This document shows, one piece after another, positions 37,690 to 48,286 of a DNA stretch of 64,000 nucleotides. A program made the position numbers and the translations under genes. Positions within the stretch are counted from its first letter, which is position 1; each line of letters starts with the position of its first letter. The notes under the pieces are model-generated. The model was not told the DNA's origin, did not search any database, and saw nothing but the letters and a program-made list of their open reading frames with translations. This stretch comes from Lama guanicoe (lineage: Eukaryota), in NCBI GenBank assembly GCA_013239625.1, contig MU057344.1, positions 374,276-438,275 on the forward strand, given 5' to 3'.

Positions 37690-38640
37690 GGACGTTACTT
37701 GGAGCACGGCTCCCTCCCTCAAAACCCCCGCCTCCGCCGCTCCCAAGCTGCACGGCTTGAGCCTCAGCTTCACCTTGAGGCGTCCACCGCGCGGGCGGTG
37801 TCCAAGCTCGGGTCCCAAGCCCTGAGCCGCCCCCACCTTCCGGCCGCTGCTTTCTCAGCTGCTCCTGGAGCCCGCGATCCGCGTCCTCACGCAGACTCTC
37901 CCGAAACCCGGCCCGGCGATTCAACCGACCATTCCGCCGCCGTGCTCAGCACTTCCGGTCCTTCCCTAAACCGCCCCCAACTCCGCCGCCAGCAAGTTCC
38001 TACACCCAGCGCCCCCTGGCGCCACGACGGCGCCTGGCTCCGAGTCTGCGCAGACCTCGCCGGGCTCAGAAAGCGATGGTTTCCGTCTGAGGAGCCGCCC
38101 GCCCCGTCTCCACCCCAACCCCTCCCACAGCTCGGTAGCTCCGCCTGGCCCTTGGGAAGGCTAGAAAACTACATTTCCCACAATCCCAAGGGGGCGCTCT
38201 CCGCGCCTTCGTGGTTCGAACTCACGTCGCTCCCCGACAAGCCAGCGGCCCGTAGACGGCCGGAAGTGGCGTTTCGGGTCTGCGGAAGGGACGTTATAAG
38301 GGCGCCGGAAATAGGGTTCGTGGGGCGACGGAAGTGGCCGGAGATACTGCGCCTTGGGCAGCGGGTAAAGGACAACCAGCTGCTGTGCTCGCAAGGCCCG
38401 GCCTCCCTCCGCCCTGGCCCCCCTCCCGAGGATGGGAGGAAAGGTGGCAGACAAGTGACGGCGGGTCGGCCCTGGGTCCCGCAACCTGGACACTAGGAGT
38501 GCCGTGCGAGGCGTAGGCGGCAGAGCCGGTCGCCGTCAGAGAGGACTCGGGAGATCTCGGGACCCGTCGCCCCATCTCCTTGTCTTGCAGCCTCCTCTCC
38601 GCCAGTCCGGATAAGCGAAGGAGACCCCGCATCTGGCGCG
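37690..38640. promoter_or_regulatory. AURKAIP1 CpG-island promoter with ETS/GABP, ZNF143 and CTCF motifs
   Basis: CACTTCCGG 37950-37958, CCGGAAGTG 38260-38268, ACTACATTTCCCACAATCCC 38168-38187 (ZNF143/SBS), CTCF-like 38007-38024 (-) and 38184-38199 (+). Confidence 0.8.
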
Positions 38641-39204
38641 GGATAGATAAAATGACGCTTTTGCATAGATGGATTCTTTTTCCTTCCTTAAAGCAAACAA
38701 GTTTCTATCCTATGACTGTGGAAAGTTTTTGTCCAAAAACCAAAAGCAGCCTGCGTGGAGCATGAGGTTTGCCTAAGACCCAGTGTTGCTCCTCAGGGTA
38801 GGGAGCTAAGAGAGTACCGTGGTACTCGCCTAGTCCAGAAGGCTCCTTGTCCTCGCTGAGGTTGGCTAGGATGGGCAAGATCCCGAGTGGACCAGCAGGG
38901 GTGCCTGGTAGGAGAGGGATGTGTGAAGAGTCCCATTGGCTCTGCTCAGGGACTTGCCCTGTAGGAGGGTCTTCCGGTGAGTCTTAGCAGGAATTGGCTA
39001 GGCCTGGCCACCCCCAGGCCCCAACCTGGCTAAGCAAGGGATGGATAGGCCAGTGGGAGGGCAGAAACTTCAGGCTCCAGGCCCAGGTCTGCAACTGTCA
39101 CTATGCCCTAATGTGGGAGGGATTGCTTCTGGCTCCCAGGTAGGAAGGTCTATGAACATGTCCACAGCCCACCTCTCACTCCAGCTGTATGGCCTCCCCA
39201 GGCT

Positions 39205-39422
39205 TTTATGGTTTGGTCCTTAAGAGTGAGCCACCAAATGATTATAAATCAATAAAAAATGTTTAAAAAAAAAAACCTGTATTAAAGATGCCAAAAAAAA
39301 AAAAAAAGGGATTTATGGTTTGGTCCTTAAGAGTGAGCCACCAAATGATTATAAATCAATAAAAAATGTTTAAAAAAAAAAACCTGTATTAAAGATGCCA
39401 AAAAAAAAAAAAGTGAGCCACC
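39205..39422 (+). repeat. Tandem duplication (107-bp period) of a segment containing an extremely 5'-truncated L1-like tail
   Basis: 39205-39307 and 39312-39412 are identical except for final A-run length; AGTGAGCCACC occurs at 39225, 39332 and 39412. Confidence 0.85.
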
Positions 39423-39427
39423 TGCAA

Positions 39428-39569
39428 GGAGGGCATAGCTCAAGTGGTAGAGCACGTGCTTAGCATGCACCAGATCCTGGGTTCAATCCCCAGTACCTAA
39501 AATAAATAAATAAACCTAATTACCCTCCCCAAATAGAATAAATATAAGTAAGGGAAGTTTAAAAAAAAA
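39428..39569 (+). mobile_element. tRNA-derived SINE, camelid Vic-1-like
   Basis: GGAGGGCATAGCTCAAGTGGTAGAGCACGTGCTTAGCATGCAC...CCTGGGTTCAATCCCCAGTACCT with A box 39436-39447 and B box 39480-39490, then AAATAAATAAATAAACCTAATTACC and an A-rich tail. Family name from recall. Confidence 0.85.
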
Positions 39570-40047
39570 GTGGACCCTTGGTGCTAACCCTGTCGGTTTC
39601 ACATCCTGGCTGTACTGACCTCAGGCACCTTTCTCTAGGCACACTGGCATCAGGAAGTCCATGCCTCCCACCTGCACAGAAGTACTGGGGAGAGCTGACA
39701 GAGGCTCCAACAGCCCTTGATCTGCATGGAACCCACGCAGGACCAGGAAACAGCCCCAAGGCCCACCGTGCCTACCTGCACCACCAATCCACTCCCAGGG
39801 AGGACACCTCCAGGGGTGACACTCCTCCAGGTGCCTTGTTCCTGGATGCTGCCAGCCTGACAGACACCTGCAATGGGTTATAAACCAATGTCTCTCAGGC
39901 GCAAGGGGGCTCCGAACCATCTGATCCTTTTCAAACCCTCCCTTCACCCCAAGGGCAGCAGCCTTTGTCAGAACAGGCAGACAGCTCAGACCCATCACAA
40001 GCCTCACAGAAGAGCAGGCGCATGGAACTCAGTACAAAATCCAATAC

Positions 40048-40053
40048 TTTAAT
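40048..40053 (-). terminator. ATTAAA polyadenylation signal of CCNL2
   Basis: TTTAAT on +, at the end of an AT-rich 3'UTR about 760 nt after the stop. Confidence 0.6.
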
Positions 40054-40815
40054 GAGATCAGAGGCGGCAGCGCAGACGCACCACTAGAACGGGTACCGCG
40101 GGCCGTGCATGGTGACAAGCAAGCAGAGCACAGACTACAAATTCTTTAACGTTCCCAATGTCCTGAGTAGAGAGAATTGTGTTTTTCGACCACGGAAAAT
40201 GCGTATATAGGAAACTTCTCTATTTAGGAGCTGGTGGCCTGCACTCAGCATCACACAGATAAAAATATGTGACTTTCAACACAGATCTAAATACCTTCAC
40301 ATTTTAAAAATCAAGAATTCTCTACACAAGTTTTAAGCTGACAGAATTCAAGTTCTGAGTTTTCATATATAGCTTTAACTCATACTGAACACGTTTATTT
40401 ACAACATGGACAGAGAATAAGGGGCTGTTAAGGCCGTTTTCTCACCGTGAAACACTGCGAAGTCCAAATGTAGGTACAACCTAATATAGGCAAAGGTTCA
40501 AAAAGTCATTTTCTCGGTTTGACGTAATTGGGCCTTGGTATGGGAGTGAAGGGACAGTCTCATTAGCACCAAGCCACACCACCAGGACGAGCGCACCTGC
40601 CTTGGCTTCCGCAGGCACAGGGCTGTGCTGCCACCAGGTGTGGGCTGGGCCCAGGCCAACCCAAAGGGCACCCGGCCGGCCTCTTGACTCCATCTCCAAG
40701 TTCATCGCAAAGCCCAGCATCAACACCATTTCCACGATGTTGCGGCCCAGGGCCGGTCACGCCGAGGTGTGCATACTGAGGGCCAGAGAGCAGCCCTCAG
40801 TGAAGACCCCACGCC

Positions 40816-43800
40816 TCACCTGCGGTGCCTGCTGTGCCCGGGGTGGTCCCGCTCGTAGCGGCGGCCTGCACGCTCATAAGACCGGGACCGCTCCCGCCGC
40901 TGATCCCTACAGTAGTGACTTTTCTTCTTGTACTTTCCTGAATTGTCTGCCCGCTCCCGTGAGCGGCTTCGGGAGCGGGAGGAGCTCCGGCTCCGAGATG
41001 CGTGAGGCTTCTGGGCGGAGTACTTGCAGTCCTTGGACTTTCGGTAGCTCCTCACCTTGGAGCCTTTGTAGGGAGCACCTCGGTGTGCCTGTCTCGGTGG
41101 GGAGTCACTCCGGCTTCGTGAGCGGCTCTGTGACTTGGACCCACCAGATGTGGAGCCACTGTCACTTTTCCTGTGCAGGAGAGTACCGTCAAGCCAGTGA
41201 GCCCTGCCCTGACAATCTCACCTCCTAGGGAAACAACTTCCCTCCAGGAGCAACCCCCGTGAGCCCAGCAGCACCCACCTCCTCTTGGGAGAAGCAGATC
41301 GCGATGGGGACCTCGAGTAGCTCTGCTCATGACTCCCGCTCCGACTGCGACTCCCGTGCCCCTTCGGCAAGCTGCGAACAGGGCAGGAGCAGTTCCAGAC
41401 GTGGTCGCTCCAACAGCCCAACAGCCCAACAGCCCACCAGGGCACTTGGGTACTCACCCATTCACTGGGCTATCCACCTTGGCTTTCTTTACCCCCTCCA
41501 TTTTCCTCTTGGCATTCTTCACAGAGAGCGGGGAAGGCTTGCTTCCTTTCCCCTCTTTGGGGGACTCTGCTAGAATTAGCACGATAAGTTACAACCTGGC
41601 CATCACACAATTGTTCTGGTGGGAACTGGCTAGCCAGGCAAGACTGGCTTGTGCTGACTGTGACTCCCTGCTCCCAGCCCAGACTCAGAACCGCAGGACA
41701 CAGAAAGGCCACAGGCCTCGCTTGCCTCGCTTCAGGGACCGGGGATGGGCATCACGCTTAACTCTAGGAGCTGACACCATCTCCTGCCCCAGATTTATGA
41801 GAGTTTCAGCAAAACACAAACTAACTGCATTGCAGAAAGCCTGTTCACATCCCTTCCTGATGAATACAAAAACCAACTCTCCAGGAACGCCTGCCTCACT
41901 TCAAACATCACCATGCGCTCATGGGGACGCTGGAGCCTGCAGAGTGCTCAGATTAGCTGCGATTCCCAAAGGAATCTGAAGGAGAGGGTCACCCCCGCAG
42001 GGAGCAGACTCATACCCGACACTCACCCAGCTTGGGGGCAGGTGAGAACCGTGACGTGCTGTCCAGCACCTGGGCGCCGCCGGGGAGGAGGCCCTTGGCC
42101 TGTGCCTTGGCCTCGTCGAGGGCATGCCTGCGCTTCTCCACCTCACCCTCCAGGTGTGTCAGGTCAACCTGGGAAAGCCAGAGCCCACAGTTCAGAACCG
42201 GATGCCTCTAGTCAAACACAACCAACATACTACATGAAAAAAAAAAAAACCAGAACCTTCTTGCGAGTATAGAGCTGCAGGATTTTCAAGCAGATTTCTT
42301 GAATTTCTTCTTCAGTTGCTCCAAACAAAAGGAACCAATGGGGACGATTGGGCAGAGGGATCTGTAAAGACAAATACCACTGTGATACTCTCCTTCAACG
42401 CCAACAAAATTCTCAGGGTGCTACAACACAAGCCTGCTGGACACCAACAAGGAGGCTTCTTGTTGGCACCAAGAAGCCTGATTTGGAGTACATGACATGA
42501 AAGTTTACTGGAGGCTAGTGAAAGCAGCAGACTGGAACCCCCCGTGGTGGCCCACTGACCTCCAGCGTCCGGGCGGCGAGATAAATGCAGGCACAGGCGA
42601 TGCTCTCAGGCTGAAACCTCACAAAAACATCTGTGCGCAGGCTGTCATTCATGTAATTCCTGAAAACCAAACGCAGGAAGAATTGCAACACCCCAGGGCA
42701 GCCCACGATACCCATCTGCATCATCTACATAAAGTCACTACTCCCCTACGTAGTCTACTGCCAGGCCTTAAAGCTAGACAGTCCTGGGAACCTCACAAGT
42801 TCATGGAGAAACAGTCCAGCTGCTTTTTCTGAATACAGGACAGGAGGACAGGGAAATTACTGAAAAAAATTTTAAAAGCTGGCTGAATGTCAAACAACAC
42901 GTGTTGCTATAAAAGAGAACCGAGTTTAACTTTACTTTTCCCTCTCAACCTCTAGCCTGCTCTCATGCAAAAGTCAGTGCCTCAGAAAGATGTCTACTGT
43001 GGCAGTTCAACGTGTTTGATTAAGGAGCCTTAAATGCTCAAAATCCGTAGTGCAGAGAAACATGCAAACTCAAAAGAATGGGCTGAGCACAAAGCCTGCG
43101 AGGGCCTTTCTGAGCCAAGAGGTCCTCTTGTGTCCTTTTCCTTGAAGAGGTGTTCACAGCCTGGCCGCCTTCTTCCACACGGAGTCCACTCGCAAAGGGA
43201 AAACGCCCGTGGGTGCACGGGAGCGTCTGCAGAGGAGGGCTCAATGCCCAGAGGGAAACCCTCTTCTCAGGGTTATGAAAGAACTGTTTCCAAATTGTCC
43301 CATCTCAACAAGGAGTCTTAAAGTGAACATTCATAAGAGCAGATAAAAGAACAAAATACAAGTTTCATCACAGTCAGTACATTTTAAAAACTTTATCATA
43401 TTTTAAAACATACAAAAATACAAAACACTTGCATTTTTTAAAAAGTTAAAGAGTTTTAAAATTGGCTACATTTTCAACATTTTCATATAGATATATTTCT
43501 TTAAGATTTACTAGACCGAAATCAGATCTCTCATTAACTTTATCAACATTGCAAAAACAGAAGATCAATTCCACAAGAAAACAGCTGAATAGGTCATATA
43601 TCTAGTGCTTACACACCCCAGTGACAGGCACACCCCCAGGTGAGCCATGTCATGCTGGGATCTGACTGAACCCCCCCACCCCAACCCCCGGTTATCTCTG
43701 CCCTAAATCCCAGATAAACTGATGTACAAACCCAAGGAGAGATTTCTCAGTGATAAATTCTACATATGCCACTGGCAGCACCTGGCTCTGAAGCTCTGCT

Positions 43801-46800
43801 CCAGGAACCAAGAGGTGACCAAAGAAAAGCCAGTGTGATGGTGCCAAGGCCAAATGTCCCAGAGAGTTGCAAGTAAACAAGTTCAAACATTTTATATAAA
43901 CATAACCATCAGTAACTTTTTGGTTCTAATAAAAAAATATTTTTAACACTCAAATAGAACTTCCAGGTTCTAAAAAAAAAAGTCCTCAAAACATATACTT
44001 AACTGCTATATTTGAAATAAGTTACAATAAAGTGTCATGAAATTATTTAAAGATGCACACCTTTTACTAGAATGTGTCAACACTTAGGTGCTGGAAAGAG
44101 TAACTTTAGCACTTCCAGAAATAATAATATCCTCCCATACTAAACTCTGAGTTCCCATCAGCCAATTTGTACAGCTTTCTGTAGAGGTTTTTGTTGTTGT
44201 TTTATTTTTTAAAGACAAAGGTATTGCATCTTTATTGCACAGGTATGGCAGTTTTAAAGGACAAAATTCAAGTCAAGACAGTTATCACTCTAGTCATACA
44301 ATTACCAAAGCACGACAGGTTAACAAGAAGCACAACCGTCAGAGCCACGGCAGCAGTCGGCCAGCACTACACTGCCGCGCGCACACCACCGTCTAGAGCC
44401 GGCCTTCGGTGGAGCCTGCACTGGGNNNNNNNNNNNNNNNNNNNNNNNNNNNNNNNNNNNNNNNNNNNNNNNNNNNNNNNNNNNNNNNNNNNNNNNNNNN
44501 NNNNNNNNNNNNNNNNNNNNNNNNNNNNNNNNNNNNNNNNNNNNNNNNNNNNNNNNNNNNNNNNNGCACAGCACCAGACAATTCAGGCAGCATAACTACG
44601 ACCCTCACAGACTTAACTCCATGGAAACTCACAAAGCACCCAGCACTGAACTGCCACTTTCAGGCCCCTTTCTAGCATGTGCTTTGTTACCATCAATCCC
44701 CAAACTGCAGGGAAGCTTTATAACCCCTCCTTCTCCCACAGGACTCTCTTTAATGGAAGCAGTTAAAAGCAGTTTCACAGCAGATATGAAACCACTAAGT
44801 CCAGGATGGCACCTGTAGGGAAGACCCTAAAGTGCCAAGTCAACGGCCCCCAAAGGGAAGCCACTGACCGCCCTCCCAGAGGGTCGGGGAGGGGATGGGC
44901 CACCTTACCGTTACACCAGTGCCTGTTATTTGGGAGGCTGGTTGGAATTTACCCGGCAGGAACACTGGGCACTCGGACAACTCTAGCCCACAACCACGTC
45001 ATGGGACTGACTACCCCCTGCCCAAGCGCCTCGCATCAACACACTCCTGCACTGCCCTTGCTGGTCTCGTAANNNNNNNNNNNNNNNNNNNNNNNNNNNN
45101 NNNNNNNNNNNNNNNNNNNNNNNNNNNNNNNNNNNNNNNNNNNNNNNNNNNNNNNNNNNNNNNNNNNNNNNNNNNNNNNNNNNNNNNNNNNNNNNNNNNN
45201 NNNNAGAATTCAGATCTTGAGGGCGTCCATGCAGCAAATAAGAGCCTCAGGCTAGATCCCAGGGCTGGCTCCTGGTCACACGCCCGCTGCACAGCTCGGC
45301 TGGAGGGCAGTTTCTGCAGACGCACTTGCCACCTGCTTTTGCAGCCAGGCACCACGAAAGCGCCTGAGGACCTAGCTGCACCGTAGTTGGTCCTGCCGGT
45401 GCACGGCTGATACTCATTCTTGTCTTCGACACATTTTCCACCAGGGAGCTTAGCCTGCCCTGAACATTTCCGTACCCCAGTCGCCAACTTACACAAAACA
45501 TGGTGTGAAAACACTTTCAGCAAATGAAGAAAAAGCTCTTAAATCTATGGGGAGTAATTTACCAAGAATTTGAATTAATGCCAGAAAGTCACACAAGCAA
45601 GAGAGATATGAGGAAACCGCCAATAAAAGGGGGATGGAAACTTGAAAATAGCACTCTTTAAAAAAAAACAAGCCCTGTGTCTGAGTGTAACGTGGAAGGT
45701 ACACGCGGCACTGCATGCTTCTAAACCAGAGCAGCCTGCAGCGCCATGTTAGTGCATTTCCAAATGAAAGGGCCCAGAATTCTCCAGTTCTTCCATAACA
45801 AGAAATAAAGTTAACACTAAAGCTACTTTAGAAAATTATCTGTTGAGAAAAGAAAATGTAAACTGACAGACTGCATTTTTACAGGTTCATCACTATTTCT
45901 GAAAGCTCAAACTTAAAAAATGTAATTCCCAAAACTCTTAAAAACACACTATTAAAATTATCATGATACAGGAAGGCTAATGAGCAAACAGTCATTTTCA
46001 GATGAGAAATATAAACTGGAAAACCAAGTCAAGGACATTCAGTCCTCTTCAGTTTCTAATCTGCGTAAGAATAGAGCAGGGACTCAGGAGGGCTGACGTG
46101 GCAGCTGGGCTGCATACCCACCTTGTGAGGGTGCTTCACGTGGACACAGAAACCCAGCTCTTTGAGAACCCGCCTTTCCGCCTTTATAATTTGATTCTTT
46201 AAGTTAACGTAATCTTGATCTAACAGCAGAGGCACAGGCTTTCTACAAAGACAAAGCACGTGGTCTGCATAAGGGTTAAATGAAACAGTGCATTAAGTCC
46301 CATGATTACCCCCAAGCAGTGACAACCAACTATAAACACAGTACAGACTTAGGAAGCTCACTTCCTCTAACTAACAAAACCCGCAAAGTCTTCCTCAAGC
46401 CTAAGCTACCTACTCGCCCGTCTCCACAATCCCCGCATGCTCTGCTTATAGGTGATAAACACGGACAGAGCACAGGGAGGGTCTGCCAACCTCATCGCAT
46501 AAGGACCACACGTCCTTCGCCAGCTCAAAGTATATGTATGTGTTGCAGATGAACAAAAAAACAAAGAAGCAATGGAAACAAAACGTTTAAGCAGCTGAGA
46601 CTGTGTTTTACAAAGGACTCCCGTCAGTTTTAGGATGGGAAAGTCGAGGCCAAGGTCCAGGCAGTGGTTCTCAACAGAGGGCAACTCTGCTGTCCCAAGA
46701 CCACACAGTGATGTCTGGAGAAGTTTCCGGCTGTCACAGCTGAGGGAGGAACTGTTAGCATCTACTGTGGAGGCCGAAGAGGCTTCTAAACATCCTACAA

Positions 46801-48286
46801 GACACAGGCCAGTTCCCACAACAAAGAATCATCCAGCCCAAAACATAAACTGTGCTGAGGTTGAGAACCCAGCTTGAGAGCATTCAGAGCCTGACGTGGG
46901 CAAGCCAGGAGACCAAAACTGTAGACACAGTACCCTGTCCCGCTACCCGTGGCCCTTCACTCATGAAACAGTGTCTGTTGGACACCCCCGAGGGACCAGG
47001 CCTCCTCTGGGCACAAGTTTAAGACTTCACACCCCTAAGTTTGTTTCAGGAACATTAGTGTAACTAAATAACCATAAAAACAAGGGGATGAGTGTTCAGG
47101 ACAGCCCTGAAGACTCACTTTTTCTCTCTCAGGTGCCGAAGGCGATGAAACACATTGATGACATCCCGAATCCGTCTTGGAGCCTCTTCTATTTTGGAGG
47201 CCAGGTGAACACAAGCCATCGACACGTGCTGGAACGTAAGCAATGCAACATACAGACATTTCCAATCACGAGTCTCCAACAGCTGAAGAAGGTCGGTTGA
47301 GGGCAAAGAGGAGGTGTACGCTGAGAAAAAGGCCACTTAGGAGAAACCCCGCTACAGCACAGGAGACTTCCCAACCCCTCAAGTACAACACTGCGACCAC
47401 GTTCTCCTTCCTCTGAACTACCCGGCAAGACAACTCCCCAGCTTTTCTGTCAACACATTTCTGTGGGAAACAACAAGAGGAAGCCCCTACCTCCATGGAA
47501 TGCTTCACAAAGGACTTGGTATAAAAAAACCGCTGGAACAACACCTGCCCAGTAGCCATAGCCACCTACAAAAGAGAAAGATTTCCATCCTCTTCAAACG
47601 CATAATTCAAGGACTTCGAAGTTAAGTCACTGGGTTTCAGGAGGCCCCTGACAAAGAACCAAAAACTAAAACTTCTTGTGTGTCCACAAAGGCTCTTCCC
47701 GACCTGCTGCCCTGCCTCCCTCGCCACCTCTGGTGGGCCGTAGCAGTGAAGCTGGGCCAGCGCTAGTCGCGGGTCCCGGATGCCGGGCGGAGACTAAGGG
47801 GTCGGGGTCAGGGGTCAGCGCTGGACACAAGTCCCAGGCGGGATGAGAGGGGTCGGGGGTCGGCGCTGGGCCTGGGTCCCGCTGCGCCGGCCTCGCAGCC
47901 AACAAAGGGCCCGGCTGCCTCCTCCGGCCGGCGCGGCGGTTACCTCAGCCCGAGGCTCGCGGCCGCTCCCTCACCTGCGGCAGGCGGAGCAGGATGCCGG
48001 CCGCCTGGATGAGCTCGCAGCCCACCACGCGGAGGTCGGTCTCCGTGTCTGTGTCGAGGCCACTCGACATGGACGGCGTGAAGCGGAGCTTGTCGTCGGG
48101 CAGGAGGCAGTTCTCCAAGGTGATGAGCACCCCGGAGTACAGCCGGTCCCCGATCAGCACCCCCTGCGACGCGGGGACCGCGCTCCCGGAGCCCGGTGTG
48201 CCGGCCGCTGTCGCGGGGGCCGCCGGCCCCGGAGCCCCGGCCGTGGCCGTCCCCGCCGCCGCCGCCGCTGCCGCCGCCGCCGCCAT
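40816..48286 (-). CDS. CCNL2: Cyclin L2 (cyclin box plus C-terminal RS domain), about 529 aa; exon 5 not visible
   Basis: Exons 48286-47975, 47565-47491, 47228-47119, 46242-46122, [missing 3n+2-nt exon, 65 nt expected from recall], 42659-42560, 42361-42257, 42168-42027, 41569-41458, 41371-41279, 41170-40816. [50 protein letters not shown] tail ending HPGHSRHRR. Confidence 0.95.
43070..43316 (-). other. Candidate alternative stop-containing (poison) exon of CCNL2
   Basis: Acceptor ttcactttaag|ACTCCTTGTTGAGATGGGAC reads (D)[16 protein letters not shown], resembling the recalled human short-isoform tail DPLLKWDSWQRL; candidate donor TTGA|GTTTGC at 43069. Confidence 0.6.
44426..44565. other. Assembly gap (140 N) in CCNL2 intron 5
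   Basis: Run of N. Confidence 0.99.
45073..45204. other. Assembly gap (132 N), probable site of CCNL2 coding exon 5
   Basis: Run of N. Exon 4 ends in phase 0 and exon 6 starts in phase 2, and I find no IIVMYLQVLECE-coding sequence in the visible interval. Confidence 0.85.
46662..46872. mobile_element. MER20 hAT-Charlie DNA transposon
   Basis: CAGTGGTTCTCAAC...ctaaacatcctacaagacacaggccagttcccacaacaaagaatcatccagcccaaaacataaactgtgctgagGTTGAGAACC; terminal inverted repeats visible. Confidence 0.85.

Noticed and set aside
39205-39422. CRISPR-like repeat-spacer pattern (three AGTGAGCCACC copies)
   Set aside because: Spacers are copies of each other, the repeat is 11 bp and the context is mammalian; target-site duplication plus tandem duplication explains it.
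39428-39498. tRNA-Ala-like gene
   Set aside because: The acceptor stem does not pair and it runs into a SINE-type A-rich tail; it is a SINE head.
41411-41434. (CAACAGCC)3 in CCNL2 intron 9
   Set aside because: Short slippage repeat with no evidence of function.
40816-48286. CCNL2 as a frameshifted pseudogene
   Set aside because: All visible exons and splice sites are intact; the missing exon is explained by an N gap.
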